Source of the DNA: a virus
Lineage: Duplodnaviria > Caudoviricetes
Length of the DNA: 64,000 nucleotides
Direction: 5' to 3' (one strand)
Virus record (IMG/VR): IMGVR_UViG_3300046170_000323
In this document: positions 38,622-49,283 of the stretch, piece after piece
How positions within the stretch are numbered: the first letter of the stretch is position 1
How the letters are laid out: every line of letters begins with the position of its first letter
Program-made: the position numbers and the translations under genes
The notes under the pieces: generated by a model
The model's input: only the letters and a program-made list of their open reading frames with translations
Database searches by the model: none
Told to the model about the DNA's origin: nothing

Positions 38622-38773
38622 TGTTTTATGTAGTGAATATAAAGTCTGGTGGCATCATAGATGTCTATGACAGTTTGGGTGAAGCAAGTGAACTTGTTGA
38701 TAAACATCCAGAATGGACGATCATGATAAAATACAATGATCGATCAAGACTTAGAAACAAATATGGAGACTGA
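38621..38773 (+). CDS. Hypothetical protein (50 aa)
   Basis: TAATG coupling. Confidence 0.5.
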   Translation: MFYVVNIKSGGIIDVYDSLGEASELVDKHPEWTIMIKYNDRSRLRNKYGD

Positions 38774-38775
38774 AC

Positions 38776-38946
38776 ATGAGTGAACAAACAAATTATTGCA
38801 CAACCAAAGGTTTGGGTTGGGCATTCTTAGTTGTTGTTTTAATGATTGTTGTTGTACCAGTATTAATGTTAATGTCAATGGTGGGACTTGAAGAATATGG
38901 ACGTTATTGCAATCTCAACATCTTACCTTGCTTTGGTCTGAACTAA
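38776..38946 (+). CDS. Small single-TM protein with three Cys (56 aa)
   Basis: MSEQTNYCTTKGLGWAFLVVVLM...YCNLNILPCFGLN*; GGAG RBS. Confidence 0.6.
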   Translation: MSEQTNYCTTKGLGWAFLVVVLMIVVVPVLMLMSMVGLEEYGRYCNLNILPCFGLN

Positions 38947-39125
38947 TGCATATCGTTAGAAAAAAATCTGGTGAAATTATTGCAATCGCATCACGATACG
39001 AAGATGCTATTGCAATTGCAGATGGAACACGAATTGATAAAACCGAATACGTAGTTCAAGAGTCAACCGACCAACAAGAACTCGCAGAAGTCTATCGATC
39101 TTATTATGGAACGAGATCACTATGA
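38946..39125 (+). CDS. Hypothetical protein
   Basis: MHIVRKKSGEIIAIASR; TAATG coupling. Confidence 0.55.
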   Translation: MHIVRKKSGEIIAIASRYEDAIAIADGTRIDKTEYVVQESTDQQELAEVYRSYYGTRSL

Positions 39126-39328
39126 CCGATGATGAAGTACGTGCATCCGCTCAGAAAGAAGCGGAGAAAACATTTGAAGGTTTTATATTATGGTCTAAAA
39201 GAACTACCTATGCCTCAATCGCATTCTTATTGATTGTGGCATCGTGTAACTTTGGGGTAGAGGACGACACCTATCCTGCCTATAACGGCGAACAATATAA
39301 TCCGTCCAATCTTAATGTAAAGAAATAA
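39122..39328 (+). CDS. aa3-type cytochrome c oxidase subunit IV (CtaH)-like peptide with C-terminal extension
   Basis: EAEKTFEGFI..S...I.FLLI.A..N resembles alphaproteobacterial QEKTFAGFVRM..W...FLAL.N. Confidence 0.55.
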   Translation: MTDDEVRASAQKEAEKTFEGFILWSKRTTYASIAFLLIVASCNFGVEDDTYPAYNGEQYNPSNLNVKK

Positions 39329-39342
39329 AGATAGGAAACAAA

Positions 39343-39771
39343 ATGAAAAATCTAATTACTGCTAGTCTTATGGCACTTTTCGCAACATCAGCATACGCTG
39401 AAGATATGACTATTGAAATGTTGAATAAACGTGACGATGGTGCAAAGATGGTATACAGTGAAGATATCGCACTTATTGACGTAGGTGATACAATCACGTG
39501 GGTTCCAACTTCAAAAGGACACAATGTAGAATTCATTGCTGGCCCAGATGGATGGGATGCACCAAAGAAATCAAAACTTAATAAAGAAGTGGCAATTACA
39601 TTTGACACGCCAGGCGTTTATCTGTATCAGTGTACACCACACAAGTCAATGGGTATGATTGCCATTGTAGTTGTAGGTGAGTTGACACAAGAAGGTGTTG
39701 ATGCAATTAAAGGTGCCAAAGTAAAAGGCAAATCAAAGAAGAAATTCAAGGGGTTGTTGGCTGATCTATAA
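39343..39771 (+). CDS. Pseudoazurin (type-1 blue copper protein)
   Basis: Signal peptide; EMLN....MVY, GDTITWVPT.KGHNVE, GVYLYQCTPHKSMGM; all four ligands H/C/H/M present. Confidence 0.92.
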   Translation: MKNLITASLMALFATSAYAEDMTIEMLNKRDDGAKMVYSEDIALIDVGDTITWVPTSKGHNVEFIAGPDGWDAPKKSKLNKEVAITFDTPGVYLYQCTPHKSMGMIAIVVVGELTQEGVDAIKGAKVKGKSKKKFKGLLADL

Positions 39772-40172
39772 TGAAAAGTTTAGTTGATAAAATACCAGAA
39801 TTTTGTATGAGCCATTGGTTACTTCGTATTCCATTGGCCATCGTATTCCTTCAACAGGGCCTTGATAAATGGCCCGTTGATGCCGCAACTGCAGAGTCTT
39901 TTGCACTCCCATTGATTGTTTGGGTCTTTGTTGTTTACGGTGAACTTGGTTCGGGTGTTGGATTACTTGTTGGTGGAATACTCGCCAACTGGTTCAAAGA
40001 GTTTGGTGATTTGATTACACGATTTAGTGGTATTACAATTTGTAGTATTATGACAGGTGTTATCTGGATCGGCGAACCTGAGAGTTTTATGGATGTAATC
40101 CTGTACGATAACTTCCACGTTCTCTTGTGGGTTGGTGGAATGTTTTTTGCACTGAGAGGTAATAGAACTTGA
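39771..40172 (+). CDS. DoxX family membrane protein
   Basis: LLRIPLAIVFLQQG..K; E...GVGLLVG; four TM segments. Confidence 0.8.
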   Translation: MKSLVDKIPEFCMSHWLLRIPLAIVFLQQGLDKWPVDAATAESFALPLIVWVFVVYGELGSGVGLLVGGILANWFKEFGDLITRFSGITICSIMTGVIWIGEPESFMDVILYDNFHVLLWVGGMFFALRGNRT

Positions 40173-40318
40173 TACAATGGTATGACATTGTTGCGGCAAT
40201 AATTTGTTCGTGGTTTATGATGAATTTCTTTTTCGTTCCATTTATCGGCCCTATTCTTGCATATGGAATATATGAGGGATGGGTGCAGGGATATTGTGAA
40301 TATAGAAGGAAGATGTAA
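40169..40318 (+). CDS. Small membrane protein (49 aa)
   Basis: TTG start overlapping DoxX stop; two hydrophobic segments. Confidence 0.45.
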   Translation: MIQWYDIVAAIICSWFMMNFFFVPFIGPILAYGIYEGWVQGYCEYRRKM

Positions 40319-40554
40319 TGTACACCGTCGAGTTTGATATGGATGAAGTGGCAATTACAATATTAGACGACACAGGTAATCATGGTGATTTAAAAATTCT
40401 CGCATATGATGACCTCGTCTATATTTGCCAAGAAGATGATGAAAGTGATATACCGAATATATTAGAGATCAATCCTCAGATGTGGGAAGAGTTGATAAAT
40501 GCAATTCATTCTCCAGAAGGAAGTTTTGTTACAGTAAGGAGAAGTGAAAGATGA
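40318..40554 (+). CDS. Hypothetical protein
   Basis: 78-aa ORF. Confidence 0.6.
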   Translation: MYTVEFDMDEVAITILDDTGNHGDLKILAYDDLVYICQEDDESDIPNILEINPQMWEELINAIHSPEGSFVTVRRSER

Positions 40555-40730
40555 CAGAAGGCCCATTTCAAGCTGCCTTTGACAGTGATGTTGAAGGTGT
40601 TATACGCAGAGAGATTGTCACATATCGTATGAAGAACGGTATGATGGTAAAGGAATCTGCGTGTCGAGACTATTATGAATCAGGTGATTACCACGATAGT
40701 CAAAACAACATGCCATTAGTTAGTCGATAA
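40551..40730 (+). CDS. Hypothetical protein (59 aa)
   Basis: MTEGPFQAAFD...GDYHDS. Confidence 0.55.
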   Translation: MTEGPFQAAFDSDVEGVIRREIVTYRMKNGMMVKESACRDYYESGDYHDSQNNMPLVSR

Positions 40731-40755
40731 AAAAAGGGAGATCCGAAGATCTCCC
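40729..40755 (-). terminator. Intrinsic terminator of gp23 with cUUCGg tetraloop
   Basis: GGGAGATC-TTCG-GATCTCCC followed by T7 on - strand. Confidence 0.85.
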
Positions 40756-40774
40756 CAAGTCTGGTAGTAAAGTG

Positions 40775-40800
40775 GGGCGGTTATATCCGCCCTTCTTTTT
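40775..40800 (+). terminator. Intrinsic terminator of the + strand operon
   Basis: GGGCGG-TTATAT-CCGCCC-TTCTTTTT. Confidence 0.7.
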
Positions 40801-40807
40801 ATTTGGA

Positions 40808-42136
40808 TCAGAACAAGTTGCTGATGCGAACTCTTCTGTAGTACTGGTTGGTGTTCTGTGTAAGAGCACCCTGTGTTGCAGCAGCAGTACCGTCTGCGAA
40901 TGGGTTCGATACCATACCGTAACGAGTTTTGAACCCGATTTTTGGCTGGAATGAGTTCTCACCCACGGCACGAACCATCTGTAGTGGTACGTATGGGCAG
41001 TAGAACAGACCTGCATCGAATGCAGATGAACCTTTGTATCCAACAACCATGTAGTTTGAACCAGCATATGGATCAATGTACACTCTGTAACGTCCGTTAA
41101 GAACACCAGCGAATGTGTTACCAGTTGTGTCAACTTCCAGTGAGTTGCTGTTAAGAGCAGGAGTGTAATCAAGTACACCTGCCATCTGCAGAGCAGATGC
41201 AACGTCTGAAGAACAGATCACAATGTTACCTTTACCTCTGCGTGTAGCAGTTGCAATTGCGTTTGCTTCCTGTTCGATCTGGAACATCAGACCTTTGAAC
41301 TTCTCAACTGACCAACGTCCGTTTGCGTCAACGTCAAGATCGAAGATACCAGCAGCAGCAGTTGCCGCAGCACCTGCAACAGCAGTACCGTAGATTGTAC
41401 GTACAACTTCACGGTTGATCTCAGTCAGAATTTCTGACTGCAAGATGTTCGCAAGTTCTGTCTCTGCGTCGAGACCGTGAACTGCTTTAAGATCCTGTGC
41501 GAGTTCAGTGGTGTATTCCGCTTTCAACGCACGTGTTTTCGCAGCGACTGTTACTTTCTCGATTGAGAACGCCATCTCTGCAAAGTTGGTTCCGCCACCG
41601 TCACCCAATGCTTCACCAGCGGCAGTGGTCATACCAGTACCAGTGTCAAAGATTGAAGTGTTAGGAACTGCACCACCAGTTGAACCGGCTTCTGCACCTG
41701 CACCTGCGAAGGTAGTGTCTGATTCACCGTGGAATACCTCAGTACCTGACTGAGATGTCTCACGTGAACGCATTGCGAAGATCAGACCAGTTGGGCCTGT
41801 CATTGGCTGTACACCAGCAATGTCATATGCAATCAAGTTTGGCATAGAACGTCTGATCAAAGATACAAGTACTGGATCGTAACCTGCTCCTGGCCCTGCG
41901 TCTGTTGCCGCACCTGTAAATCCGCCATCAGTACCTACATCGTTTGCAGGCGCTTCTGAAAGAAGTGCAGTCATGTTTGCTGAAGCGTCACCCTCTTGGC
42001 GCAGAGCTGACTCTGTGTTTTCAAGGATGGTTGCAGTTACACTTTTACGGTGCTGATCTGCAATTGGTGAAAAAGATTCGTGCTCAAGGATTGGGCCCCA
42101 CTTTTCCACAAGTTTTTGATAGTTTGACTGTGTCAT
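40808..42136 (-). CDS. gp23: Major capsid protein gp23
   Basis: LVEKWGPIL, GVQPMTGPTGLIFAMR, RALKAEYT.ELAQDLKAVHGLDAE, QPKIGFKTRYG. Confidence 0.98.
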   Translation of the reverse strand: MTQSNYQKLVEKWGPILEHESFSPIADQHRKSVTATILENTESALRQEGDASANMTALLSEAPANDVGTDGGFTGAATDAGPGAGYDPVLVSLIRRSMPNLIAYDIAGVQPMTGPTGLIFAMRSRETSQSGTEVFHGESDTTFAGAGAEAGSTGGAVPNTSIFDTGTGMTTAAGEALGDGGGTNFAEMAFSIEKVTVAAKTRALKAEYTTELAQDLKAVHGLDAETELANILQSEILTEINREVVRTIYGTAVAGAAATAAAGIFDLDVDANGRWSVEKFKGLMFQIEQEANAIATATRRGKGNIVICSSDVASALQMAGVLDYTPALNSNSLEVDTTGNTFAGVLNGRYRVYIDPYAGSNYMVVGYKGSSAFDAGLFYCPYVPLQMVRAVGENSFQPKIGFKTRYGMVSNPFADGTAAATQGALTQNTNQYYRRVRISNLF

Positions 42137-42172
42137 TTGTTTCTATCTCCTTAGTAGATTATTTACTGAATT

Positions 42173-42180
42173 TATTTATA
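42173..42180 (-). promoter_or_regulatory. T4-type late promoter (gp23)
   Basis: TATAAATA. Confidence 0.8.
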
Positions 42181-42203
42181 AAATTTATTTTTTCAGTTTT
42201 AAA

Positions 42204-43178
42204 TTATTTAGATTTTCTTGAGTTGAGAGCCTCAACGAGAGCATTGATTGTGCGATCTTCAGAGATTGGTTTTTTAATCTCTGTCTCTTCAATCATTACT
42301 TCGTCTTCTTCGTCAACAACATCGTCTTTCGGAGAAACATTCGTTTCCTTGAAGAATGACTCTTTAATAGTAGAAAGATTCTCTTTATAAGCATCTAGAT
42401 CATTTGCATCTAAATTCTCAGAAAGAACTTTCAGTCTTTCACGCTGAGACATATTGAGCTCACTCGTCATTTCCTCGAAAACAACTCCAGCATGAAGATC
42501 AGAAACTTCTTTTGTAAGACGGATATTTTCGTCTACAACTTTGTTTGACTTCTCTTCAAGATCTTTCATTTCTTCTTCGAGTTCTGAAACGATATCATAT
42601 GTTTCTTCGTCTACTTTGATGTTGTGTTCTGAGAACAAATCTTTCAAACCGTCCATCAAAGACTCTGCCATCTCTACTTTAATTCCAGCTTCGATAGCAA
42701 CTTCATTTTCCTCCATCCATTCTGAAACCACATAGTCAAGATATGCATCCAAGTTTTCGACCATGTCGCCAACTTTAGATTCCACTGCTTCAGCCAACTC
42801 TGACTCTAGTCTCTCGTTAAGTTCTTCTTCAATCTTCTGAACTTTCTGCGAAACACTTTCGTTAACTGCAGCCTCAAAAACAACTGTTACCTTGTTTCTG
42901 AATTCTTCTGAGAGATCCATGCCTTCGAAGATGTCAGCAATTGACTCTTCTACAACGATCTCTTCGATTACTTCTTCTGACTCTGGTGACTCAGCAACTA
43001 CTTCTTCATTTTCAGATACATCAGCGTCTTCTTTGTATCCTGCTTTCAAAGTTTTAGGTGCTTTATCGCCTTTTGCAGAATCAGCTTTTCTTTTTTTGTC
43101 TGAACCGCCTTCAGGTGTAACTGCGCCTGCAGCTGTTGAAACACCATCGTCAGAGACAATTTTCTTTTCATCTGCCAT
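42204..43178 (-). CDS. gp22: Prohead core scaffold gp22
   Basis: VFEAAV, LDAYLDYVVSEWM.EN..A...GIK; position before gp23. Confidence 0.9.
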   Translation of the reverse strand: MADEKKIVSDDGVSTAAGAVTPEGGSDKKRKADSAKGDKAPKTLKAGYKEDADVSENEEVVAESPESEEVIEEIVVEESIADIFEGMDLSEEFRNKVTVVFEAAVNESVSQKVQKIEEELNERLESELAEAVESKVGDMVENLDAYLDYVVSEWMEENEVAIEAGIKVEMAESLMDGLKDLFSEHNIKVDEETYDIVSELEEEMKDLEEKSNKVVDENIRLTKEVSDLHAGVVFEEMTSELNMSQRERLKVLSENLDANDLDAYKENLSTIKESFFKETNVSPKDDVVDEEDEVMIEETEIKKPISEDRTINALVEALNSRKSK

Positions 43179-43222
43179 TGTTTTTCTCCTTAAATCTGAT
43201 TTGATTTATTTATTACAAAAAG

Positions 43223-43230
43223 TATTTATA
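43223..43230 (-). promoter_or_regulatory. T4-type late promoter (gp22)
   Basis: TATAAATA. Confidence 0.75.
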
Positions 43231-43235
43231 AAAAT

Positions 43236-43922
43236 TCAGTTTCTTAACGAACGAATAAATGTTTCAAACATCCTTGCCGCTGTTGACTCGTCGATACGCT
43301 TCGTTACCGTCCTGTATGTCTTTTCAACAGTTTCTTGAATTTCTTCAATTACTTCCTCAACTGGTTGGGTTGCAATCCAGTTGCTAGACGCAACATCATA
43401 GTAGAATTCTGTATTTTCCATAATACCATTTACAAACGCATTAGGCGCTGATGGGTCTGTAACGATATCTACTGTTGCAAGATGAAAGTCTGGTTGGACT
43501 TCCATTACGCCATTCTTCTGTTTAACAGATCCTAGTCCACGTGTGGATACTCCACAACGAACACCTTCGTCGATAAACGTCTTTACGATTTCTCCCATAG
43601 GAGTACCAAGAATCTTGGCCTTTCCGTAGAAATCATTTCCTTCCCTATTCATCTGTGTGATCAGGTGAGAAACTCTATCTCCATTGATTTGAGGGCCGTC
43701 TGGGTGACCTAACTCACCAAGGGCACGCTTCGTGTCAATGAAGTCTTTTTGATAACGGTTCATTTCATTCTCTAGAACCTCACTAGGATAGATACGACCA
43801 TTACGATTCTTGAGGTTACCTTGCATGAAGATACCCTCAATAAAGAAGTTCTTTTTATTAGTCGCTTCATCTAGTTCTGTGAGAACATTCATGTCCTCTG
43901 TAACTTCTGAAATGAGCTTCAT
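43236..43922 (-). CDS. gp21: Prohead protease gp21
   Basis: IEGIFMQ, NRNGRIYP, ALGELGHP, GVSTRGLGS, DIVTDPSAP. Confidence 0.96.
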   Translation of the reverse strand: MKLISEVTEDMNVLTELDEATNKKNFFIEGIFMQGNLKNRNGRIYPSEVLENEMNRYQKDFIDTKRALGELGHPDGPQINGDRVSHLITQMNREGNDFYGKAKILGTPMGEIVKTFIDEGVRCGVSTRGLGSVKQKNGVMEVQPDFHLATVDIVTDPSAPNAFVNGIMENTEFYYDVASSNWIATQPVEEVIEEIQETVEKTYRTVTKRIDESTAARMFETFIRSLRN

Positions 43923-43954
43923 GTCTCTATTCCTCTCAACGAATTAATTTCTTT

Positions 43955-43962
43955 TATTTATA
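43955..43962 (-). promoter_or_regulatory. T4-type late promoter (gp21)
   Basis: TATAAATA. Confidence 0.75.
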
Positions 43963-43983
43963 AATTTTACGACTTATATGCCA

Positions 43984-44217
43984 CTAAACACGTGCATCGT
44001 AGTAATTCTTATTCAATTCTCCACGAACGGTTGTCTCACCCACCTTCCTACATCTAATGTAGGTTTCTTGTGTATTACCACCATTTGGTGGGGTGAAAGA
44101 TCTAACTCCACCCGACACTGTTCCGTTCATATCATCATATGTGTCACTGTCACTCGCAAGTGCAGCGTTGTCGTATTCCCAAATACTGTTACTGCCTGGG
44201 ACTACAACGTATGCCAT
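43984..44217 (-). CDS. Hypothetical late protein
   Basis: 77-aa ORF in head block. Confidence 0.6.
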   Translation of the reverse strand: MAYVVVPGSNSIWEYDNAALASDSDTYDDMNGTVSGGVRSFTPPNGGNTQETYIRCRKVGETTVRGELNKNYYDARV

Positions 44218-45136
44218 TTATGATGCTTCCTTCGCAAACTTCAACATCTCTGCGAACGTCTTTGCGTTCTTCATCAGATCCGCTTCCATCTGTTTACGGT
44301 TTTTAGCACCGACTGATTTCATCATACTTTCCAATGCAGCTGCATCGTCTTTAGATAGATTAACAGTCTTACCGTCTTTCAGTTTCATCTTACCCTGTTT
44401 AAATGCTTCTTGGATTGACTCATAGTAACCACCATAAGATGCATTGTACTGGTCTTCGTCTGATGGACGATCCATCATAGACATTTCACCTTCTGCATAT
44501 GCATGTAGACTTTTCATCTGTGCAAAAGCATATGCAAGTTTGTTTTGATACCATTCTTCTGGATCCGATACTTCCATCAGATAGTCATCGATTTCTCTCG
44601 CAGCGTATACGATGAATGCCAACTGTTGACGCATCATTGGAATTTCCTGTTGTGGATTTTCCATAACCAACGCATCAATTGCCTCTGCGACTTTATCTGG
44701 CATCCCTTTATGTTTGGTCTTTGCAAAATCCTCTAAGTCTTTTTCAGACATAGACTTCGCAAGTTCTTTGACCTCATCAGATGCTTCGTCGTCTTCCATC
44801 TCACCACGTTTAAAGGCAAGAGCCATCGCCATCAACTTCTGTTGTGACTTAGATACAGCTTTTTTCCTGTAGACTCTCAGACTCCTCATCGTCGTCTTCT
44901 CCATCCGCACTTTCTTCGTATGCTTGGTCATAGGCCTTTTCATCTTCGCCTGCAACATAATCAGAAAGACGTTTCAATGCACGACCTTTGCCCTGAATCT
45001 CTCCAGTGAACTGACTAGGTTCGGCCACAGGATGATCAAAGACCTGAATCTTGTGCTGATCTTTGAACTTTTGTTCCTCTGGGTTGTTAGGTTGTGCAAC
45101 CTCTTTAACCGTGAATATGTCTTTAAAGGATTTCAT
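44218..45136 (-). CDS. Prohead core protein (gp67/68 position, ~305 aa) with DUF3008-like segment; +1 at t-run 44860-44865
   Basis: Joins ORFs 44849-45136 and 44218-44958; KAVSKSQQKLMAMAL...ELAKSMSEKDLEDFAKTKHKG. Confidence 0.65.
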
Positions 45137-45176
45137 TGTTCTGTTCCTATATCTCTTAATCTATTAGTTTTATTTA

Positions 45177-46700
45177 TTAAACGTCAAATTCATCTTCGGC
45201 TGAACCGAATTCTTCTTTTTCAGTTTCAATCTGTTCACGTTCGTCTTTGAATTCTTCTTCAGACATCATCAAGATATTCTTGACTACCCAATTACGTGAA
45301 TAGTAAACACCAACATGTTCTTCAACATCTCTTAGAGTTGTCATACGTTCACGAATAATCTCAGACTGTTTGAGTTCTTCGAAGTAGTTGTCCTTTATGA
45401 AATCATAACGAATTTGGTTTTTGATTTCTTCAAATTCTTCTGGGCCCATTACACCCTTAAGAATCAATTGTTTCTCTAGGATGATATTGAATATTCCAGA
45501 GAAACGAGCACGAACACGACGAATAAATTTACCAAACTTAAGTTCATCACGAGTGATCTCAGATACACGACCAAATGTCGCCATAGTTTCTGGTTCAAGT
45601 CTCGAAATTGGAACCTTAAGTGATTTGTATAATTTACGTTGGAAATACTGTAGGTTCTCGTCAGTTGAAAGTGCCTGTGCACCACCGCCTGCAAGAGTAT
45701 CAACCTCTGTAGATCTCTCACCACCACGACGAGGGAACCAGAAGTCTTCTGTCATTGTCATCATCTTACGGGCATCAGTGATTTCACCAGTTGCAGAGTT
45801 ATACTGCAGTTTGTTCTTATGACGTACCATCATATCACGTAGGTATTGTTCTGCCTTCGCCTTTGGAAGGTTACCAACGTCGATATAAAAGATTCGTCTC
45901 TCTGGTGCACGAGTCAACGTATAGATGACAGTTGCGTCTTCCAACATTCTTAACTGGTTGAGAGGTTTGATTGCTGGGTGCAATTGACCAAGAACCAAAG
46001 AGTTACTTTCATTCATCAAACCAGATGTCACACGAGCTACTGAGTCTTTTGATATTCTGTGTGTGTTATCACGTCCACCCATATTGGTTGAACTGTTTCC
46101 AAAACCTGTGTCCGAATAAATGTAGTATTCGTTCTTTACTTTCTTGGTAGGGATGCCTGAGGCGCCATCTCTTGCCTTCTTGTCAATCTCACGAATGAGT
46201 TTGATTTTTCTTGGGTCAACGTATCGGAGTTCCACAACTCCTCTTTTAAGATCTTCTTCATCAATGATAATGTGAAAATTAAGTCTTCCATCTACGTAGA
46301 ACCTACTGAATAAATCATATGCGGTATTAGTAAAGTCCATAAGACTCAACACGTTTTCAAATTCTTCTTGCACAGCTTCTTTGATTTTGTCTGGCAAATC
46401 GATTTCATCCAAGATGATTTCGACAACTTGATCGTAACTATCTACCGAAATTGCTTCGTTGATAACTTCGTCAATCGCCTGTGCAATCTCAGGCTGCATT
46501 GCCATATGTCGATACTTTGTGACAAGTTCAGATTCTGTTTTAGCAGAACCTTCCATGTCCAACATAGTACCATAAAATCCACCAAGTGCGTTACCGACTG
46601 TAATCGCACCGTCATCATTTTGAGGCTCGACGAAAGAAACAGGTTGCGCCTGTTCCTCTCCGTCTAATTGCCTCTTGATTTCAAAACCAAAAATTCGCAT
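45177..46700 (-). CDS. gp20: Portal protein gp20
   Basis: DGRLNFH, RAPERRIFYIDVGNLPKAKAEQY, EDFWFPRRGG, EITRDELKF. Confidence 0.98.
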   Translation of the reverse strand: MRIFGFEIKRQLDGEEQAQPVSFVEPQNDDGAITVGNALGGFYGTMLDMEGSAKTESELVTKYRHMAMQPEIAQAIDEVINEAISVDSYDQVVEIILDEIDLPDKIKEAVQEEFENVLSLMDFTNTAYDLFSRFYVDGRLNFHIIIDEEDLKRGVVELRYVDPRKIKLIREIDKKARDGASGIPTKKVKNEYYIYSDTGFGNSSTNMGGRDNTHRISKDSVARVTSGLMNESNSLVLGQLHPAIKPLNQLRMLEDATVIYTLTRAPERRIFYIDVGNLPKAKAEQYLRDMMVRHKNKLQYNSATGEITDARKMMTMTEDFWFPRRGGERSTEVDTLAGGGAQALSTDENLQYFQRKLYKSLKVPISRLEPETMATFGRVSEITRDELKFGKFIRRVRARFSGIFNIILEKQLILKGVMGPEEFEEIKNQIRYDFIKDNYFEELKQSEIIRERMTTLRDVEEHVGVYYSRNWVVKNILMMSEEEFKDEREQIETEKEEFGSAEDEFDV

Positions 46701-46719
46701 TATATCATCCTATAAAATA

Positions 46720-47253
46720 TTAAGAAGTAGAAATACCAGTCGCACCCTCTACTCGCCAAAAGTCGTACTGGAACGTGACGGTAAATTCTTCGATCTGGTC
46801 TGTAGAACTCCAGTCCATCGCAATCTCTGAGATTGACAATGGGAACATACCTTCGAAAATGTATGTACGTAATGGAGATCCATCTTTTGAATACTGTGTT
46901 ATCAAACCATTTGATTTGTAATCTTGTGGAAGTGTTCTAGTGTTCGCATCATGTGCTGCGATACTGTTAGACCATGTTTCCATTGCGTTACGAATCAAGA
47001 AGTCTTCATCGTTGATAATCGTCACTGTCCAATCACCGAATGTTCTGTCACCTGCATATTTAACTTCTCGTCCAAAGTAAGGAACAGTGTAGGTTCCCAG
47101 AGTTGATTCTGGGATCCCTGCTGCCTTTGCCATGAAAGGGAATTTAAAGTCTGCGGCTGGAACAATCGGGTTTGTGATCTGACATTGGAACAGGGTGGGG
47201 CGTGCGCCTCCACCTGTCAGTTCCGATTTAAACTCGTTTATGTTAAAAGCCAT
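46720..47253 (-). CDS. gp19: Tail tube protein gp19
   Basis: GGARPTLF, YFGREVKYAGDRTF..W, IEEFTVTFQY. Confidence 0.96.
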   Translation of the reverse strand: MAFNINEFKSELTGGGARPTLFQCQITNPIVPAADFKFPFMAKAAGIPESTLGTYTVPYFGREVKYAGDRTFGDWTVTIINDEDFLIRNAMETWSNSIAAHDANTRTLPQDYKSNGLITQYSKDGSPLRTYIFEGMFPLSISEIAMDWSSTDQIEEFTVTFQYDFWRVEGATGISTS

Positions 47254-47266
47254 ATCTTACCTCTCC

Positions 47267-49230
47267 TTAAGTCAACTGTCCAACGATCTCGTCGAATTCG
47301 ACTCCAGATCTTGTTGCGACAAATGTAAGTTCGATTACGTTAATTGAACGGGCAGGTTTAATGAAGATACTCGCTTTAAACATGTTTGCATCAATGACCT
47401 GTGGTGTGTTCACAGTTGCATCTGATACGACTCTGAAATCGATGATTCCTCGTCTACCTTGTATCTCACGCAAGAACGGTTCTACAATGTTGCGGAACTG
47501 AGTTTGCGTAAACTCGTCATTAAGTTCAAACAAGAACGATTGCGCTGCAGTTGCAATTGATTTTTCGACTGCGATAAACAATCTACGTACGTTAATCCTA
47601 TCAAATGCACTTGCAAAACCTTGTCCAGTCTTGTCACCAAACAACAAAATACCTTGTCCTACCTGTGAAATAACTGGGTTCACATCTGAACTGTACAGTT
47701 GATCTCTTTGTGATTTGTTCGGGTTGAATGCAAGTTTGATAACATTCTTGATTACACCCTTACGATAACCTGCCGGAGATTCAAAGACTTGAACTCGTGA
47801 ACACAGACCTGCCATGTCACCGTTCAATGGAGTCCAACGATATTGATCATTGTATTTGTCATACCGATATTTATACCCACTGTCCATCATCATATAAGAT
47901 GATGCAGTAAGTTTATTTCGATATGCAATTACATTCGTCATTTTAGCGTTTGTTTTCAGTGTATCTACCACTGCTTCTTTCGAAGGTGAAACAAATGCAA
48001 CACAGTCACGTCTAGTGTCTGCGATATTTGAAATGATGTAGTTTGCGATTTGACCGTTGTCATCACCTTTACCTTGTAGGATGAAAGAGATGTCGATTTC
48101 GTTTGCACTCTGGAATGAATCAATTGCAAGAGCAGTTGCACCGAATGATGCAGAACCTTCTGCAGTACCATCAGATCCACCAGAAAGAACTTCGTATGCA
48201 GTTGTTGCTGCTTCGAAGTGTGCGTTGTTTGCCACATTTACCCACGCTGAGAGATTTGTAATCACATCATTGTAGTAGTTTGTGCGTCCATCTGAGGTTG
48301 TAGCGCCTGGAGTAGTTGAAAGGTTTTCGAACTTTTCTAGTACTGTACCTCTTACTCCACCGATATCACCAGTTCTGTCGATGACTGCAATGTGGTAGTT
48401 GTTTGCGTCTGCCGCTTTACCAAATAGGTTTGCGTATTTCCACTCTCTATCGATTTTCAGTTTATTCAATGCAGTTTCTGCAAGAGTATACTTTCTGTCG
48501 AATGTGAAATCGTATTCGTATATCGCAATCGCTGCAGAGTTTGCAGTTGGTGTGAATGTTGCGTCATACGCTGTTTCTACTAGTGTAGTAATGTTCAACT
48601 GTTGATAACCGACTGAGTCGTTACCAATAACAATTGTATCACCGCTATTAATTGATGTCAGTTGTGAGGTATTTGCAACTTGGAACGTCATTGTTGTTCC
48701 AGCAAATCCGATAGTCTGTTGTGCAACAGTTCCTGTATATAAGATCTGTTGATTTGGAATATCGCCTACATCTATTACCGATTCTTCAAACTCTGCGCCC
48801 TTTACGTATGCAACATCAATTGCGTTACCCAAATCACCGATATGTTTCGCTTCGAATGCAGCAAACGTTGAGTTTGCAGTATCTAAAGTTCCAGACACGT
48901 CTGTGTTTGCGATAATTGTGTTTGCTGGGAAGAATACATAATCGTATGCATCTGCCTTTGCGGATCCAGAGGTTTCTGCACGTGCAACGAACAATGCGTT
49001 GGAATATGCAAGATAATCTGCTGCTGTAAAGAATGTTTCGTAGTTGTCATCGCCTGGCTTACCAAAACGATCTACGAGTTGAGTCTCTGAAGTAATAAGA
49101 ATTGGTTCGTTAGTAGGGCCCCCAGCGAAATACGCCCGCAATTGCAGCTGGGGGCGTTGCAATGGCTGGGACGACTTGGCTCGCATCTACTTCTCGAACT
49201 ATGACGGAAGGACTTACGGAAAAAAGCCAT
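47267..49230 (-). CDS. gp18: Tail sheath protein gp18, ~653 aa; two +1 insertions (49220-49225, 49116-49123)
   Basis: Repaired start MAFSVSPSVIVREVD...AGVFRWGPTNEP; C-terminal SPAG..G, FDRINVRRLF, IKPARSIN. Confidence 0.95.
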
Positions 49231-49283
49231 ATTTTTCTCCTTTGAATAAATTTAGTTTTTTTATCAGTTCATATCACTGTTTT

